NCBI GenBank assembly: GCA_944372325.1
Contig: CALVYR010000004.1
Location: 1-50,594 of the forward strand
Reading direction: 5' to 3'
DNA from: an uncultured Clostridia bacterium
GTDB lineage: Bacteria > Bacillota > Clostridia > Christensenellales > UBA1242
DNA: 50,594 nt
Notes under the pieces: model-generated
Told to the model about the DNA's origin: nothing
The model's input: only the letters and a program-made list of their open reading frames with translations
Databases searched by the model: none
Translations under genes and position numbers: made by a program
In this document: in pieces, positions 18,956-29,040 of the stretch
Layout of the letters: every line of letters begins with the position of its first letter
How positions within the stretch are numbered: position 1 is the stretch's first letter

Positions 18956-20812
18956 ATGAGTAAAATTAATATTCTAGATAGATTTGTCAGCAACAGAATT
19001 TCTGCGGGCGAGGTTGTAGAAAAACCATTGTCTGTAGTAAAGGAACTTGTTGAAAATAGTATAGATGCGGGTGCTGATAAGATTACAATAGAAATTGAAG
19101 AGGGTGGTATAAAAGCTATATCCATTCAAGATAACGGCTCTGGCATTGAAAAAGAGGATATAAAGCTTGCCTTTATGCCTCATGCAACAAGTAAAATAAA
19201 AACTGTAGAAGATTTAGACCAAATTGGAACTTTAGGTTTTAGAGGAGAGGCGTTAGCCAGCATTGCATCTGTTGCTCAAGTTGAGATGATGTCTAAAACG
19301 CCTAATTCAGAACTTGGGGCTACTATTAAAATAGATGGTGGAGAGTTTGGAGAAGTGGGTGAAACCGCTATGAATAATGGCACTAAAATAGTGGTTAAAA
19401 ACTTATTTTTCAACACTCCTGCTAGGCGTAAATTTTTAAGAAAACCTAAAACTGAAGAGGGCGATATAACAGATCTTATTGAAAAGATAATTTTAGCAAA
19501 TCCTACACTTCAGATAAGATATATAATTGATGGAAAAATAAATTATGATACTACAGGTGGTGGTTTATACGCAAACATATATACTATATATGGTAAGGAA
19601 ACCATAGATAACATTATAGAAATAAACTTTGAACGAGAAGGCTATAGGCTTACTGGCTATATAGGAAAGCCAGAAATATCAAAGGCTAATAGAACTTATC
19701 AAACGCTTATTGTAAATGGAAGAGTTGTTAAAAATGCCTTTATTTCTAATGCTATCCAAGAGGTTTATGAAAACTTTTTAATGAAGAACAAATTTCCATT
19801 TTTTGTGTTAAACTTAAGTTTGCCACTCGATAGTGTTGATGTAAATGTTCACCCAAGTAAAATGGAAGTTAAATTTGAAAATTTAGGTTTTATAAGAACG
19901 CTTTTTACAAACGCAGTCTACTCGGCGCTTATGAACGCAAATTATACAAGAAATGTGGAAGATAGTGCTAATGAAAAACCTCAAGCTCAATCTAATGACT
20001 TTGTTTCTAATTTAACTCCTCTTTCAAGCGATGATGGTGTAAGCTATTTAGCTTCAAAAGAAAATATGTTTGGCGCGCAAGAGATAAAAGAGGTTAATTT
20101 AAACTTTGATGAGTCTAGACTAACTGAGTTTACTAATCTTGAAGCAAATTCAAATGAAAGTAGGTTTACAGATTTTGTTTTAAACACTAAACGAAAAAGT
20201 CCGTTTGAAGTTTCTGAATATCAAGAAACAATTGAAAATACTATTCCAAGGGCTAAAATTATAGGAGTTATTTTTAAAACTTATATAATTGTTGAAAAAG
20301 AAAATGACCTTTACATGATAGATCAACATGCTGCTCATGAAAGGGCGCTTTACGATAAGTTCTCTTCAAGTGTGGAAAGAAGTGATGTGTTAAAACAGGG
20401 TTTAATTACTCCGTTTACTTTAAAATTAAACTCGCTTGAATACGATTTCTTTAAAAGGAATTTTTCTGTTTTAAATAGTGTAGGTTTTGATGCGATAGAT
20501 AAAGGGAACAATCAAATAGATATAACGGCAATTCCATATATCTTGCCGTTTGAAAAGGTAGAAGAATATTTTAATTATTTTTTAAGCAATCTTCAAGATT
20601 ATTCAACTAAGGCATCCGATTACTTTAAAGCAGGGTTAATGCAACATGCTTGCAAAATGGCAGTTAAAAGCGGGCAAATTCTTTCAATTAATGAAATTGA
20701 AGCGCTTATTGATGAAATGGAAAAACATGTATTGTTATGTCCACATGGCAGACCTGTTGTAATAAAAATAACAAAATCTCAGATAGAAAAATGGTTTAAA
20801 AGAATTGTATGA
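18956..20812 (+). CDS. mutL: DNA mismatch repair endonuclease MutL
   Basis: GFRGEAL, DQHAAHER, CPHGRP. Confidence 0.98.
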   Translation: MSKINILDRFVSNRISAGEVVEKPLSVVKELVENSIDAGADKITIEIEEGGIKAISIQDNGSGIEKEDIKLAFMPHATSKIKTVEDLDQIGTLGFRGEALASIASVAQVEMMSKTPNSELGATIKIDGGEFGEVGETAMNNGTKIVVKNLFFNTPARRKFLRKPKTEEGDITDLIEKIILANPTLQIRYIIDGKINYDTTGGGLYANIYTIYGKETIDNIIEINFEREGYRLTGYIGKPEISKANRTYQTLIVNGRVVKNAFISNAIQEVYENFLMKNKFPFFVLNLSLPLDSVDVNVHPSKMEVKFENLGFIRTLFTNAVYSALMNANYTRNVEDSANEKPQAQSNDFVSNLTPLSSDDGVSYLASKENMFGAQEIKEVNLNFDESRLTEFTNLEANSNESRFTDFVLNTKRKSPFEVSEYQETIENTIPRAKIIGVIFKTYIIVEKENDLYMIDQHAAHERALYDKFSSSVERSDVLKQGLITPFTLKLNSLEYDFFKRNFSVLNSVGFDAIDKGNNQIDITAIPYILPFEKVEEYFNYFLSNLQDYSTKASDYFKAGLMQHACKMAVKSGQILSINEIEALIDEMEKHVLLCPHGRPVVIKITKSQIEKWFKRIV

Positions 20813-21717
20813 TCAAAGATGTAATTATCATAACTGGTCCAACAGCAGTTGGTAAAAGTGAAATTGCTGTGGAGATTGCAAAAACTGTAGGCGGAGAGAT
20901 AATCTCTGCCGATTCTATGCAAATTTATAGAGGCTTGAATGTTGGTTCTGGAAAGATTACGCCTGAAGAAATGCAGGGAGTTAAACATTATCTTTTAGAT
21001 ATTAAAAGTATAAATCAAACCTATAGCGTGGCTGAGTTTTGTGAAGATTGTAAAAAAACAATTAAACAGATTATGCTTAAGGGTAAAGTGCCAATAATAG
21101 TTGGTGGAACTGGGCTTTATATCAAGGCTTTAACTAATGACTATAACTATTTTGGTGTTAAGCGTGATGATGAACTAAGAGAAGAACTAGAAAAATTTGC
21201 GGAAAAAAATGGGCTAAATGACTTATATGAAATGCTTAAAAAATTATCTCCAGTTTTGGCAGAAAAAATTTCTCCAACAGATAAAAAGCGCATAATAAGG
21301 GCTCTTGAAATTTGTAAGAGTAAAAAGCGTGAAATTAAAGTAAACAGCGAGCAATTCACTTATAAGGTTTTTGCATTAAACACTGAAAGAAGTGTTTTAT
21401 ATGATAGAATTAGTCAAAGAGTAAATAAGATGATTCAAATTGGACTTGTTGAAGAAGTTAAAAAACTTGTAGGCGAGGGCTTAACTCGCGATAACCAGTG
21501 TGCTAAAGGTATAGGTTATGCTGAAATTTTAGATTATTTAGACGGCACTTATTCTTTAAGCGAGGCTATTGAAAAGATAAAACAACATTCCAGAAATTAC
21601 GCAAAGCGCCAATTGACATTGCTTAGAGGAATTGCTCCAATATGGATAGAGGCGTTTCCGCGTGAAAATGCAATAAAAGAGATTTTAAAAGAGGTAGAAT
21701 ATGGACTTGATAACTGA
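20809..21717 (+). CDS. miaA: tRNA dimethylallyltransferase
   Basis: GPTAVGKS, ADSMQIY, VGGTGLY, YAKRQ. Confidence 0.96.
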   Translation: MIKDVIIITGPTAVGKSEIAVEIAKTVGGEIISADSMQIYRGLNVGSGKITPEEMQGVKHYLLDIKSINQTYSVAEFCEDCKKTIKQIMLKGKVPIIVGGTGLYIKALTNDYNYFGVKRDDELREELEKFAEKNGLNDLYEMLKKLSPVLAEKISPTDKKRIIRALEICKSKKREIKVNSEQFTYKVFALNTERSVLYDRISQRVNKMIQIGLVEEVKKLVGEGLTRDNQCAKGIGYAEILDYLDGTYSLSEAIEKIKQHSRNYAKRQLTLLRGIAPIWIEAFPRENAIKEILKEVEYGLDN

Positions 21718-22918
21718 ATGTGAAGATAGATTAAAAGAAATTTTTTCATATTACGATGATATTGCACTATATAATACAGAGAAAGTTTTAAAAGCTTTTC
21801 AAGAATGTAAAGTTGCCAATCGTCATTTTTTTGGGTCAACTGGATATGGTTATGGGGATGAGGGTAGAGATAAACTTTGCGAGGCCTTTGCTCATGCTTT
21901 TAAGGCTGAAAGTGCCCTTGTTACGCCACTAATCACTTGTGGTTCACATGCTTTAAATATAGCGCTCTTTGGTCTTTTAAGGCCTGGCGATATAATATTC
22001 TCCATTACTGGCGACCCATATGACACATTAGGCGAAGTAGTGTATGATAAAAAGGGGCTAGGAAGTTTACCAGATTTTGGAATTAAATTTGAAAAACTGG
22101 AATTAAAAAATGGTGAGATAGATGAAAAGAATGCGCTTGAATACATTATAAAAAACACTCCAAAAGTGGTTTATGTGCAGAGGTCTAGAGGCTATGCAAT
22201 CCGTGACGCTCTTTCAGTTGATAAAATGGAAAGTGTGTTTAAAAAGATAAAAGAAATTTCACCCAATTCTTTTATTATGGTGGATAACTGCTACGGCGAA
22301 TTTGTGGAAAAACGCGAACCTACAGAAGTGGGCGCCGATGTTATAGTTGGCTCGCTTATAAAAAATGCTGGAGGTTCACTGGCTCCAACAGGCGCTTACA
22401 TTGCAGGAACTAAAAAGGCGATTGACTTAATATCAAACAGGTTCACAAGTGCATCGTTGGGTGCGGAAGTAGGCAGCTTTGAAATGGGTTATAGGCTATT
22501 TTTCCAAGGGCTTTTTATTGCTCCTCATGTTACAGTAGGTGCAATAAAAGGGATGTATCTGATAGGTGAACTTATGAACAGGCTTGGCTACAATATAATG
22601 CCTAAATCTGATCAAAAGACCTATGATATAATTAAATCAATAGAATTTAACACCCAAAGTGAACTTGTAGACTTTGTTCAAACAATACAGAAATATTCTC
22701 CAGTAGATAGCAATGTAATTCCAGAGCCTTGGGACATGCCTGGCTATACCGAGCAAGTAATAATGGCAGCAGGAACTTTTGTTGGCGGTGCTTCAATAGA
22801 GCTTAGTGCAGATTGTCCAATAAAGAATCCTTACTGGGCATATTTACAGGGTGGTATAACCTATGAACATTGTAAGTTAGTCGCCTACAAATTATTAAAA
22901 AAATTTAGAAAAAATTAG
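21701..22918 (+). CDS. ynbB: PLP-dependent methionine gamma-lyase family (YnbB/aluminium resistance) protein
   Basis: GYGYGD.GRD, QRSRGY, DNCYGEF, GSLIKN, ELSAD. Confidence 0.9.
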   Translation: MDLITECEDRLKEIFSYYDDIALYNTEKVLKAFQECKVANRHFFGSTGYGYGDEGRDKLCEAFAHAFKAESALVTPLITCGSHALNIALFGLLRPGDIIFSITGDPYDTLGEVVYDKKGLGSLPDFGIKFEKLELKNGEIDEKNALEYIIKNTPKVVYVQRSRGYAIRDALSVDKMESVFKKIKEISPNSFIMVDNCYGEFVEKREPTEVGADVIVGSLIKNAGGSLAPTGAYIAGTKKAIDLISNRFTSASLGAEVGSFEMGYRLFFQGLFIAPHVTVGAIKGMYLIGELMNRLGYNIMPKSDQKTYDIIKSIEFNTQSELVDFVQTIQKYSPVDSNVIPEPWDMPGYTEQVIMAAGTFVGGASIELSADCPIKNPYWAYLQGGITYEHCKLVAYKLLKKFRKN

Positions 22919-23173
22919 AGTTTTTTTAAACTTATCAAAAAGTTTATAATAAAAAATAAAATTAAAGAATGTTTTAGTATATTTTATAATAAAATTAAAA
23001 TAATAGCAAAAAAGCTAAACATTAAAGAAATTTTAAAAAACAAATTTAAATTTTTTAAATATTTTAGAAAAATAAAGTATATTTTTATATGCTTTATTTT
23101 TTTATTGCTCCTTAATATTTTTAAAAAATTAAACTCTTAAATAAACTTAAATTAAAATAAATCTTTTAAATTA

Positions 23174-23223
23174 AAAAAAGAACTTTAATTTTTGGATATT
23201 TCCATTACATTAAAGTTCTTTTT
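23174..23223. terminator. probable bidirectional terminator
   Basis: AAAAAGAACTTTAAT...ATTAAAGTTCTTTTT immediately after the dinB stop. Confidence 0.55.
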
Positions 23224-23225
23224 AT

Positions 23226-24410
23226 TTATCTCAAAAACTCTACGGTTTTTAGACTGCCAGTTTTTATTATGCTTTCGCCGTATTTTGCTCGCAGTATGTC
23301 TAGCGCTAGGCTTAGGGAGCTTTTTTTGTGGCTCACAGGCTCAAACATGGATAACTGCTTTATTTCAACACTACTTAGGCTGGAACAACATATTCTTATT
23401 GCTCTAATCTTTTCTGAAAACTTCCAAAAAGTTCTAAGAAGTGCTAGGGCGTTTTCTGCTATCTCTTTTGTGCTATTTGTTGGCGCCGTTTTATTTGAAT
23501 GATGTTCATAATTAAATTCACAGGTCTTAACTGTTACAGATATGGTTGAGGAAAGCAATTTCTTTTCTCTCAGTCTTCTGCCAACTTCTTCGGCTAGGTA
23601 AAAAACAGTGTCTTGTACTTCTTCTGGGGTGAAAATATCTACTATTGTGGTAGTGCCGTTGCCCACGCTTTTAGGGGCTTCTTCGTCGTACATACTTTTT
23701 ACTGGGTCGTAGTCTACTCCGCGCACTTTTAGGCTTAAATCTCTTCCTACAACGCCAAATTTATGCTCTAATATCTCGGTTGGAATGTGGGCAAGGTCGC
23801 CTATGGTGGTTACGTTCATCTTTTCAAGGTGTACTTTCATTCTTCTACCAATGCCAACAATGCTACTTACGGGTAGTAGATAGGTTAGCGCTTTAAAGTT
23901 ATCTCTTGGAAGGCAGGTTATGGCATCTGGCTTTTTTATATCACTTCCAAGCTTTGCAAAAAGCTTGCTAAAACTTACGCCTATTGAAACTGTTATGTTA
24001 AGCTCGTTTTTAACGCGCTTTCTAATGTCTTCTGCAAGGTTTAAAGCGCCACCGAATAGGTGAGCCGTTTCCGTTACATCAAGCCAGCATTCGTCTATGC
24101 CAAAGGGCTCTATTAGATGCGTGTAAGTAGCGTAAATTTCATGCAGTTTTTTTGAATATTCTTCATAGATATCATGATGTGGAAATATACAGATTAAATC
24201 TGGACATTTTTCCTTTGCCTCCCAAATTGCTTCGCCAGTTTTTATACCGTAAGGCTTTGCTATATCATTTTTAGCAAGAATTATACCCGTTCTCTTTTCT
24301 GGATTTCCAGAAACGGCAAGTGGTTTACCTTTGTATTCTGGATGCAAGGCACATTCTACGGAGGCGTAGAAACTATTTGCGTCACAATGTAAAATAATTC
24401 GCTCTTTCAT
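23226..24410 (-). CDS. dinB: DNA polymerase IV (Y family)
   Basis: ILHCDANSFYASVE, GIDECWLD, AKLGSD.KKP. Confidence 0.92.
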   Translation of the reverse strand: MKERIILHCDANSFYASVECALHPEYKGKPLAVSGNPEKRTGIILAKNDIAKPYGIKTGEAIWEAKEKCPDLICIFPHHDIYEEYSKKLHEIYATYTHLIEPFGIDECWLDVTETAHLFGGALNLAEDIRKRVKNELNITVSIGVSFSKLFAKLGSDIKKPDAITCLPRDNFKALTYLLPVSSIVGIGRRMKVHLEKMNVTTIGDLAHIPTEILEHKFGVVGRDLSLKVRGVDYDPVKSMYDEEAPKSVGNGTTTIVDIFTPEEVQDTVFYLAEEVGRRLREKKLLSSTISVTVKTCEFNYEHHSNKTAPTNSTKEIAENALALLRTFWKFSEKIRAIRICCSSLSSVEIKQLSMFEPVSHKKSSLSLALDILRAKYGESIIKTGSLKTVEFLR

Positions 24411-24473
24411 TTTACTATTCCTCTTATTTTTTGATATAATATAACTATTAATTAGACACAGGGAGGCAAGTTA

Positions 24474-25733
24474 GTGAAATATCATTTCTATAATGCAAAT
24501 ATTTTAAGTGAGGGCAAAATATTACATGGCGATGTTGTAGTTGAAGATGAAAAGATTATATATGTTGGAAAAGATATAGCTGTGAAAGCGGATAGAGAAA
24601 TAGATGTTAAGGGCAATGTTTTAATGGCAGGTTTTGTGAACGCTCATGTTCATACGCCAATGACGCTACTTCGAGGCGTTGCAGACGATATGGAGCTATA
24701 TAGTTGGCTCTATGATAATATCTTTCCAGCCGAGCAGAAACTTACCCCAGAGGATGTCTATTGGGGTGAAATGCTCGGCATTGCAGAACAAGTCAGGGCA
24801 GGCATAACAGCCTTTGATGAAAATTACTTTCATTTTGACGCCATAATAGATGCTGTAAAAAAGAGTGGAATAAGGTGTAGGCTTGGGCTACCAGGCAATT
24901 TTAATAGTAAGTCTGCAAAGGAAATGAATGAGTTTTTAGATTTATATATTTCCAAGCTAGATAACAAACTTATTAAGCCTGCAATATACGCCCACTCTAT
25001 TTACACTCTTACTGAGGAAGAACTATCCATACTTGTAGATTATAGTGCAAAACATAAACTTCCTGTGTGTATGCATTTAGCGGAAACTTTAAAGGAGGTT
25101 GGAGATTGCACTGTAAAAAACGAGTGTACTCCACCTGAGTACTTAGAAAAGTTAGGCTTTTTAGACAGACCATCAACCCTGTATCACTGTGTGCATCTAG
25201 ATAAGGATGATATAAAAATTCTAGCGGACTATAACGCAAATGTGGTCACATGTCCATCTAGTAATTTAAAGCTTGGTTCTGGCATTGCGCCAATATACTC
25301 TATGAAAGAGCACGGGCTAAATATTTGTATAGGTACGGATGGCACGGCAAGTAACAATAGCCTAGATATGTTTAAAGAGATGTTCTTAGTGGCTACTTTA
25401 AACAAAGCAACGCTCTATGATGCTTCAATTATTTCAGCAAACGAAGTTTTAGATATGGCAACTAAAAATGGCGCCTTAGCACTTGGCTTTGAAGGGTGTG
25501 GAGATATAATAGAGGGCAATTATGCAGATCTAATCTTGATAGACTTAAACAAGCCTCATCATCAGCCACTAAATAACATTATATCCAATCTTGTATATTC
25601 AGCTAAAAGCTCTGATGTATATTTCACTATGGTAAATGGAAAGATTTTATATGAAGACGGCAAGTTTAATATTGGTGAAGATATAGAAAAGATTTATGAA
25701 AATTGTCAAAAAATAACAAAAAGAATTTTATAA
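24474..25733 (+). CDS. mtaD: 5'-methylthioadenosine/SAH deaminase-like amidohydrolase
   Basis: NAHVH, HLAET, SNLKLGSG, GTDG..SNN; GTG start with GGAGG RBS. Confidence 0.75.
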   Translation: MKYHFYNANILSEGKILHGDVVVEDEKIIYVGKDIAVKADREIDVKGNVLMAGFVNAHVHTPMTLLRGVADDMELYSWLYDNIFPAEQKLTPEDVYWGEMLGIAEQVRAGITAFDENYFHFDAIIDAVKKSGIRCRLGLPGNFNSKSAKEMNEFLDLYISKLDNKLIKPAIYAHSIYTLTEEELSILVDYSAKHKLPVCMHLAETLKEVGDCTVKNECTPPEYLEKLGFLDRPSTLYHCVHLDKDDIKILADYNANVVTCPSSNLKLGSGIAPIYSMKEHGLNICIGTDGTASNNSLDMFKEMFLVATLNKATLYDASIISANEVLDMATKNGALALGFEGCGDIIEGNYADLILIDLNKPHHQPLNNIISNLVYSAKSSDVYFTMVNGKILYEDGKFNIGEDIEKIYENCQKITKRIL

Positions 25734-25737
25734 TTTG

Positions 25738-25766
25738 TTGCTAAAATTTTTAAACAGTTATATAAT
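25738..25766 (+). promoter_or_regulatory. sigma-A promoter of clpC
   Basis: TTGCTA-N17-TATAAT. Confidence 0.6.
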
Positions 25767-25791
25767 ATGTGCCAAAAGAGAGGTGATATAA

Positions 25792-28245
25792 TTGGCAAAT
25801 TTAAATTCATTTTCAGATAGTGCAGAAAAGGTAATAAAAAACGCTGGTAAGATAGCTAGAGAACTTGGCTCTAATGAGGTTGGAACGGAGCATATTTTAT
25901 ACGGCATAACTTGCGTTAAGGAATGTCTTTCTTGTAAGTTATTAGCTGAATATGGAATTACTGAAGAAAGCATGGAAACAGTACTAGAAGAAAATGCAGA
26001 TAGCATTCAAATTTTTGGTACGGATATAGAATTTACACCAAGAGTAAAGGATTTATTCAGACTTGCTCAAAATATAGCTATGCAATTAGGTCATAATTTT
26101 ATTGGAACAGAACATCTTTTGTATGCCTTACTTTCAAGCAGTGGTAGTTTTGCCTATAGGCTACTTTTTGCATATTTCAGAGTAAATATAAATGAACTAA
26201 AAAGCAAGGTGTTAAGCCAGTTGCAGGGGGAAAACAACTCGAGCCAGACTAGTGAAATAAATACTGGAAGTACGGGCATGAAAAGTTCTCTTCCTGAAAA
26301 ATTGTTATCTATGGGTACAGATATTACTTTAAAGGCAAAAGAGGGTAAAATAGATCCAATTATCGGTAGAGAAAAGGAAATAGAAAGGCTTATTGAAATT
26401 CTCTGTAGAAAGACAAAGAATAACCCTGTACTTATAGGTGAAGCAGGCGTTGGTAAGACGGCGGTAGTAGAGGGGCTTGCCCAAGCCATAGTGGAAGGTA
26501 ATGTGCCTGAACTTTTAAAGGATAAGATTATCTATTCCTTAGAAATAGGAGGGTTAATGGCTGGTACTAAATATCGTGGAAGTATGGAAGAACGCTTAAA
26601 AGATATTATAGAAACCATCATTGCAAGTAAGAATATAATTGTATTTATAGACGAAATTCATACCCTTGCGCAAGCGGGTTCGGAAAAGGGTGAAACAAGC
26701 CCAGCTGATATGTTAAAACCATATTTAGCTCGTGGAGAACTTCAAACTATTGGTGCAACAACTACAGATGAATATAGAAAGTTCATTGAAAAGGATAAGG
26801 CTTTAGAGAGGAGATTTCAGCCCATTATGGTAAATCCGCCAAGTGTGGAGGAAACCATAGAAATATTGAAAGGTCTTAAAGATTCTTATGAGGCATTCCA
26901 TAAAATTACTATAACTTCAGAAGCGATTGAGGCGGCGGCTACACTTTCAGATAGATACATCATGGATAGAAGTCTTCCAGATAAGGCTATTGATTTGATT
27001 GATGAGGCTAGCAGTAAGGCAAAGGTGAACTTCAACTTAAAACCAAGTGCAATTCGCGAAAAGGAAGAAAAGATAAAACAATTGTCTGCCAACCGTGATG
27101 AGGCTTCAATTCAAAGGAATTATGAAAAGGCAGCTAAACTTCAGTCTGAAATAATCAAGCTTGAGAACGAACTTGAAACTTTAAACAAAGAATTTAATAA
27201 AACTGTTAAACGCTCGTCTGGCTCTATTGGCGCAAATGAAATAGCTGAAGTTGTATCTAAATGGACTGGAATACCTGTTACTAAAATTACAGAATCTGAA
27301 AAGGATAGGTTAATTCATTTAGAGGAAATACTTCATAAGCGTGTAGTAGGTCAAGATGAGGCTGTAGAAGCCGTTGCAAGGGCTATAAGGCGTTCTAGAG
27401 TGGGTCTTCAAGATAATAAAAGGCCAATTGGCTCATTCCTATTTATGGGGCAAACTGGTGTTGGTAAAACAGAACTTAGCAAAGCCATAGCTGAAGCTAT
27501 GTTTGATAACGAAAATAATATCATTAGGCTTGATATGAGCGAATATATGGAAAGCCATTCTGTAGCTAAACTTATAGGTGCGCCTCCAGGCTATGTTGGC
27601 TATGATGAGGGTGGACAACTTACTGAGCAGGTTAGGCGTAGACCATATAGCGTAGTTCTATTTGATGAAATAGAAAAAGCTCATCCAGACATATTTAATG
27701 CTCTTCTTCAAATCTTAGATGATGGCAGACTAACAGATGGTCAGGGTAGACTTGTAAGCTTTAGAAATACCATTATTATCATGACAAGTAACCTTGGTTC
27801 AGCTGAAGTTAGGGCAAAACATTTAGGTTTTAACGAAGTGGAAGAAGAGAGGGATATAGAGGAAATAAAGAGAATTTATCTTGATGCCTTAAAACACAAG
27901 TTTAAACCTGAATTTATAAACAGAATTGATGTAATTTGCGTATTCCATCCACTTTCTCGTGAAGATTTAACAAAGATTGCTAAAATTTTAATCAACAATA
28001 TAAATGAAAGATTAAAGAAACAAAATATAGAGCTTAAAATAACAGAAGAAGCCTTAGATTTAATTGTTACAAGAGGCTGTGCTAACGCGGAATATGGCGC
28101 AAGGCCATTAAAGCGCTATATCCAACAAGAGATAGAGGATAGAATAGCTGAAAAGATGTTATTAGGCGAACTTGACAAGGAAGGTAACATAATAATAGAT
28201 TGTGAAGATGGAAAACTTACTTTTGAAAGCGAAAAAAATGCTTAA
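25792..28245 (+). CDS. clpC: ATP-dependent Clp protease ATP-binding subunit
   Basis: Clp-N repeats (GTEH x2), two AAA+ domains (GEAGVGKT, GQTGVGKT), short middle coiled coil, LGF ClpP-binding loop. Confidence 0.93.
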   Translation: MANLNSFSDSAEKVIKNAGKIARELGSNEVGTEHILYGITCVKECLSCKLLAEYGITEESMETVLEENADSIQIFGTDIEFTPRVKDLFRLAQNIAMQLGHNFIGTEHLLYALLSSSGSFAYRLLFAYFRVNINELKSKVLSQLQGENNSSQTSEINTGSTGMKSSLPEKLLSMGTDITLKAKEGKIDPIIGREKEIERLIEILCRKTKNNPVLIGEAGVGKTAVVEGLAQAIVEGNVPELLKDKIIYSLEIGGLMAGTKYRGSMEERLKDIIETIIASKNIIVFIDEIHTLAQAGSEKGETSPADMLKPYLARGELQTIGATTTDEYRKFIEKDKALERRFQPIMVNPPSVEETIEILKGLKDSYEAFHKITITSEAIEAAATLSDRYIMDRSLPDKAIDLIDEASSKAKVNFNLKPSAIREKEEKIKQLSANRDEASIQRNYEKAAKLQSEIIKLENELETLNKEFNKTVKRSSGSIGANEIAEVVSKWTGIPVTKITESEKDRLIHLEEILHKRVVGQDEAVEAVARAIRRSRVGLQDNKRPIGSFLFMGQTGVGKTELSKAIAEAMFDNENNIIRLDMSEYMESHSVAKLIGAPPGYVGYDEGGQLTEQVRRRPYSVVLFDEIEKAHPDIFNALLQILDDGRLTDGQGRLVSFRNTIIIMTSNLGSAEVRAKHLGFNEVEEERDIEEIKRIYLDALKHKFKPEFINRIDVICVFHPLSREDLTKIAKILINNINERLKKQNIELKITEEALDLIVTRGCANAEYGARPLKRYIQQEIEDRIAEKMLLGELDKEGNIIIDCEDGKLTFESEKNA

Positions 28246-28296
28246 ACATTTGCCTTTTAAAGTAATTATTTGCTAAAATAAGTTAGGAGGGATTTT

Positions 28297-28827
28297 ATGA
28301 AAATCGAATTTATCGAGAGAAATTATGATATAGGTAATAGGTTAAAGGAGATAATCACAAAAAAAATCAATAAGTTAGATAGATATTTTGGTGATGATGC
28401 TCAGGCAAGAGTTGTTTGTAAACTTGAAAATAAAACATATAAATTAGAGCTTACAATAACAAATAAAGGTCTTCTATACCGTAGTGAGGTTACAGGAGAA
28501 AATATGTATGATAACATAGATCTTGCTCTTCCTAAAATTGAAAGACAAATCATTAAGCAGGCTGACAAGAGAAAGGATAAGTTTAGAGCAGGAGCCTTTG
28601 ATGTTCCAAGCTTTGAATTTCTAGAAGAAAAACCAGAAGAAAAGAAGAAAGATATCTACAAAAGAAAAACCTTTGATCTTGTTCCTATCACTGTTGATGA
28701 CGCAAAAGAGTTTATGGAGGCTCTAGACCATAAGTTCTATATCTTCCTAAATGCAGAAACTGGGCTTGTAAATGTACTCTATATTAGAGGCGATGGCGAG
28801 CTTGGATTAATTGAATGTAATTATTAA
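28297..28827 (+). CDS. hpf: long ribosome hibernation promoting factor
   Basis: KLDRYF, MYDNID...KIERQI, C-terminal domain H.FYIF.N. Confidence 0.93.
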   Translation: MKIEFIERNYDIGNRLKEIITKKINKLDRYFGDDAQARVVCKLENKTYKLELTITNKGLLYRSEVTGENMYDNIDLALPKIERQIIKQADKRKDKFRAGAFDVPSFEFLEEKPEEKKKDIYKRKTFDLVPITVDDAKEFMEALDHKFYIFLNAETGLVNVLYIRGDGELGLIECNY

Positions 28828-28832
28828 AATGT

Positions 28833-28984
28833 TTATGCCCAATTAGGTGTTAATTTTAACTTATATAAAGTAAGTGTATATTTTTAAACACAATTAAAAA
28901 GAATTTAGCTCCCTTAAAACTTTTTAGTAGTATTTATAATATAGTATTCAATTTATATAATTTGAAATGTCTAATTGGGCATAA
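28833..28984. repeat. 152-bp element bounded by 14-bp perfect inverted repeats (MITE-like or structured RNA)
   Basis: TTATGCCCAATTAG (28833-28846) / CTAATTGGGCATAA (28971-28984), AT-rich interior. Confidence 0.55.
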
Positions 28985-29040
28985 TCTTATTTCACCTTTT
29001 TTTCAATATGTGCATAGTATATAGGGAAGAGGTGGGGAAG

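Noticed and set aside
22985-23112. Small hydrophobic toxin-like ORF on the minus strand
   Set aside because: No standard start codon at SD spacing; the hydrophobicity is explained by extreme AT content
28833-28984. 6S RNA or raiA-motif RNA
   Set aside because: Very AT-rich, short, downstream of hpf, and no conserved motifs I could recognise; left as an unassigned IR element
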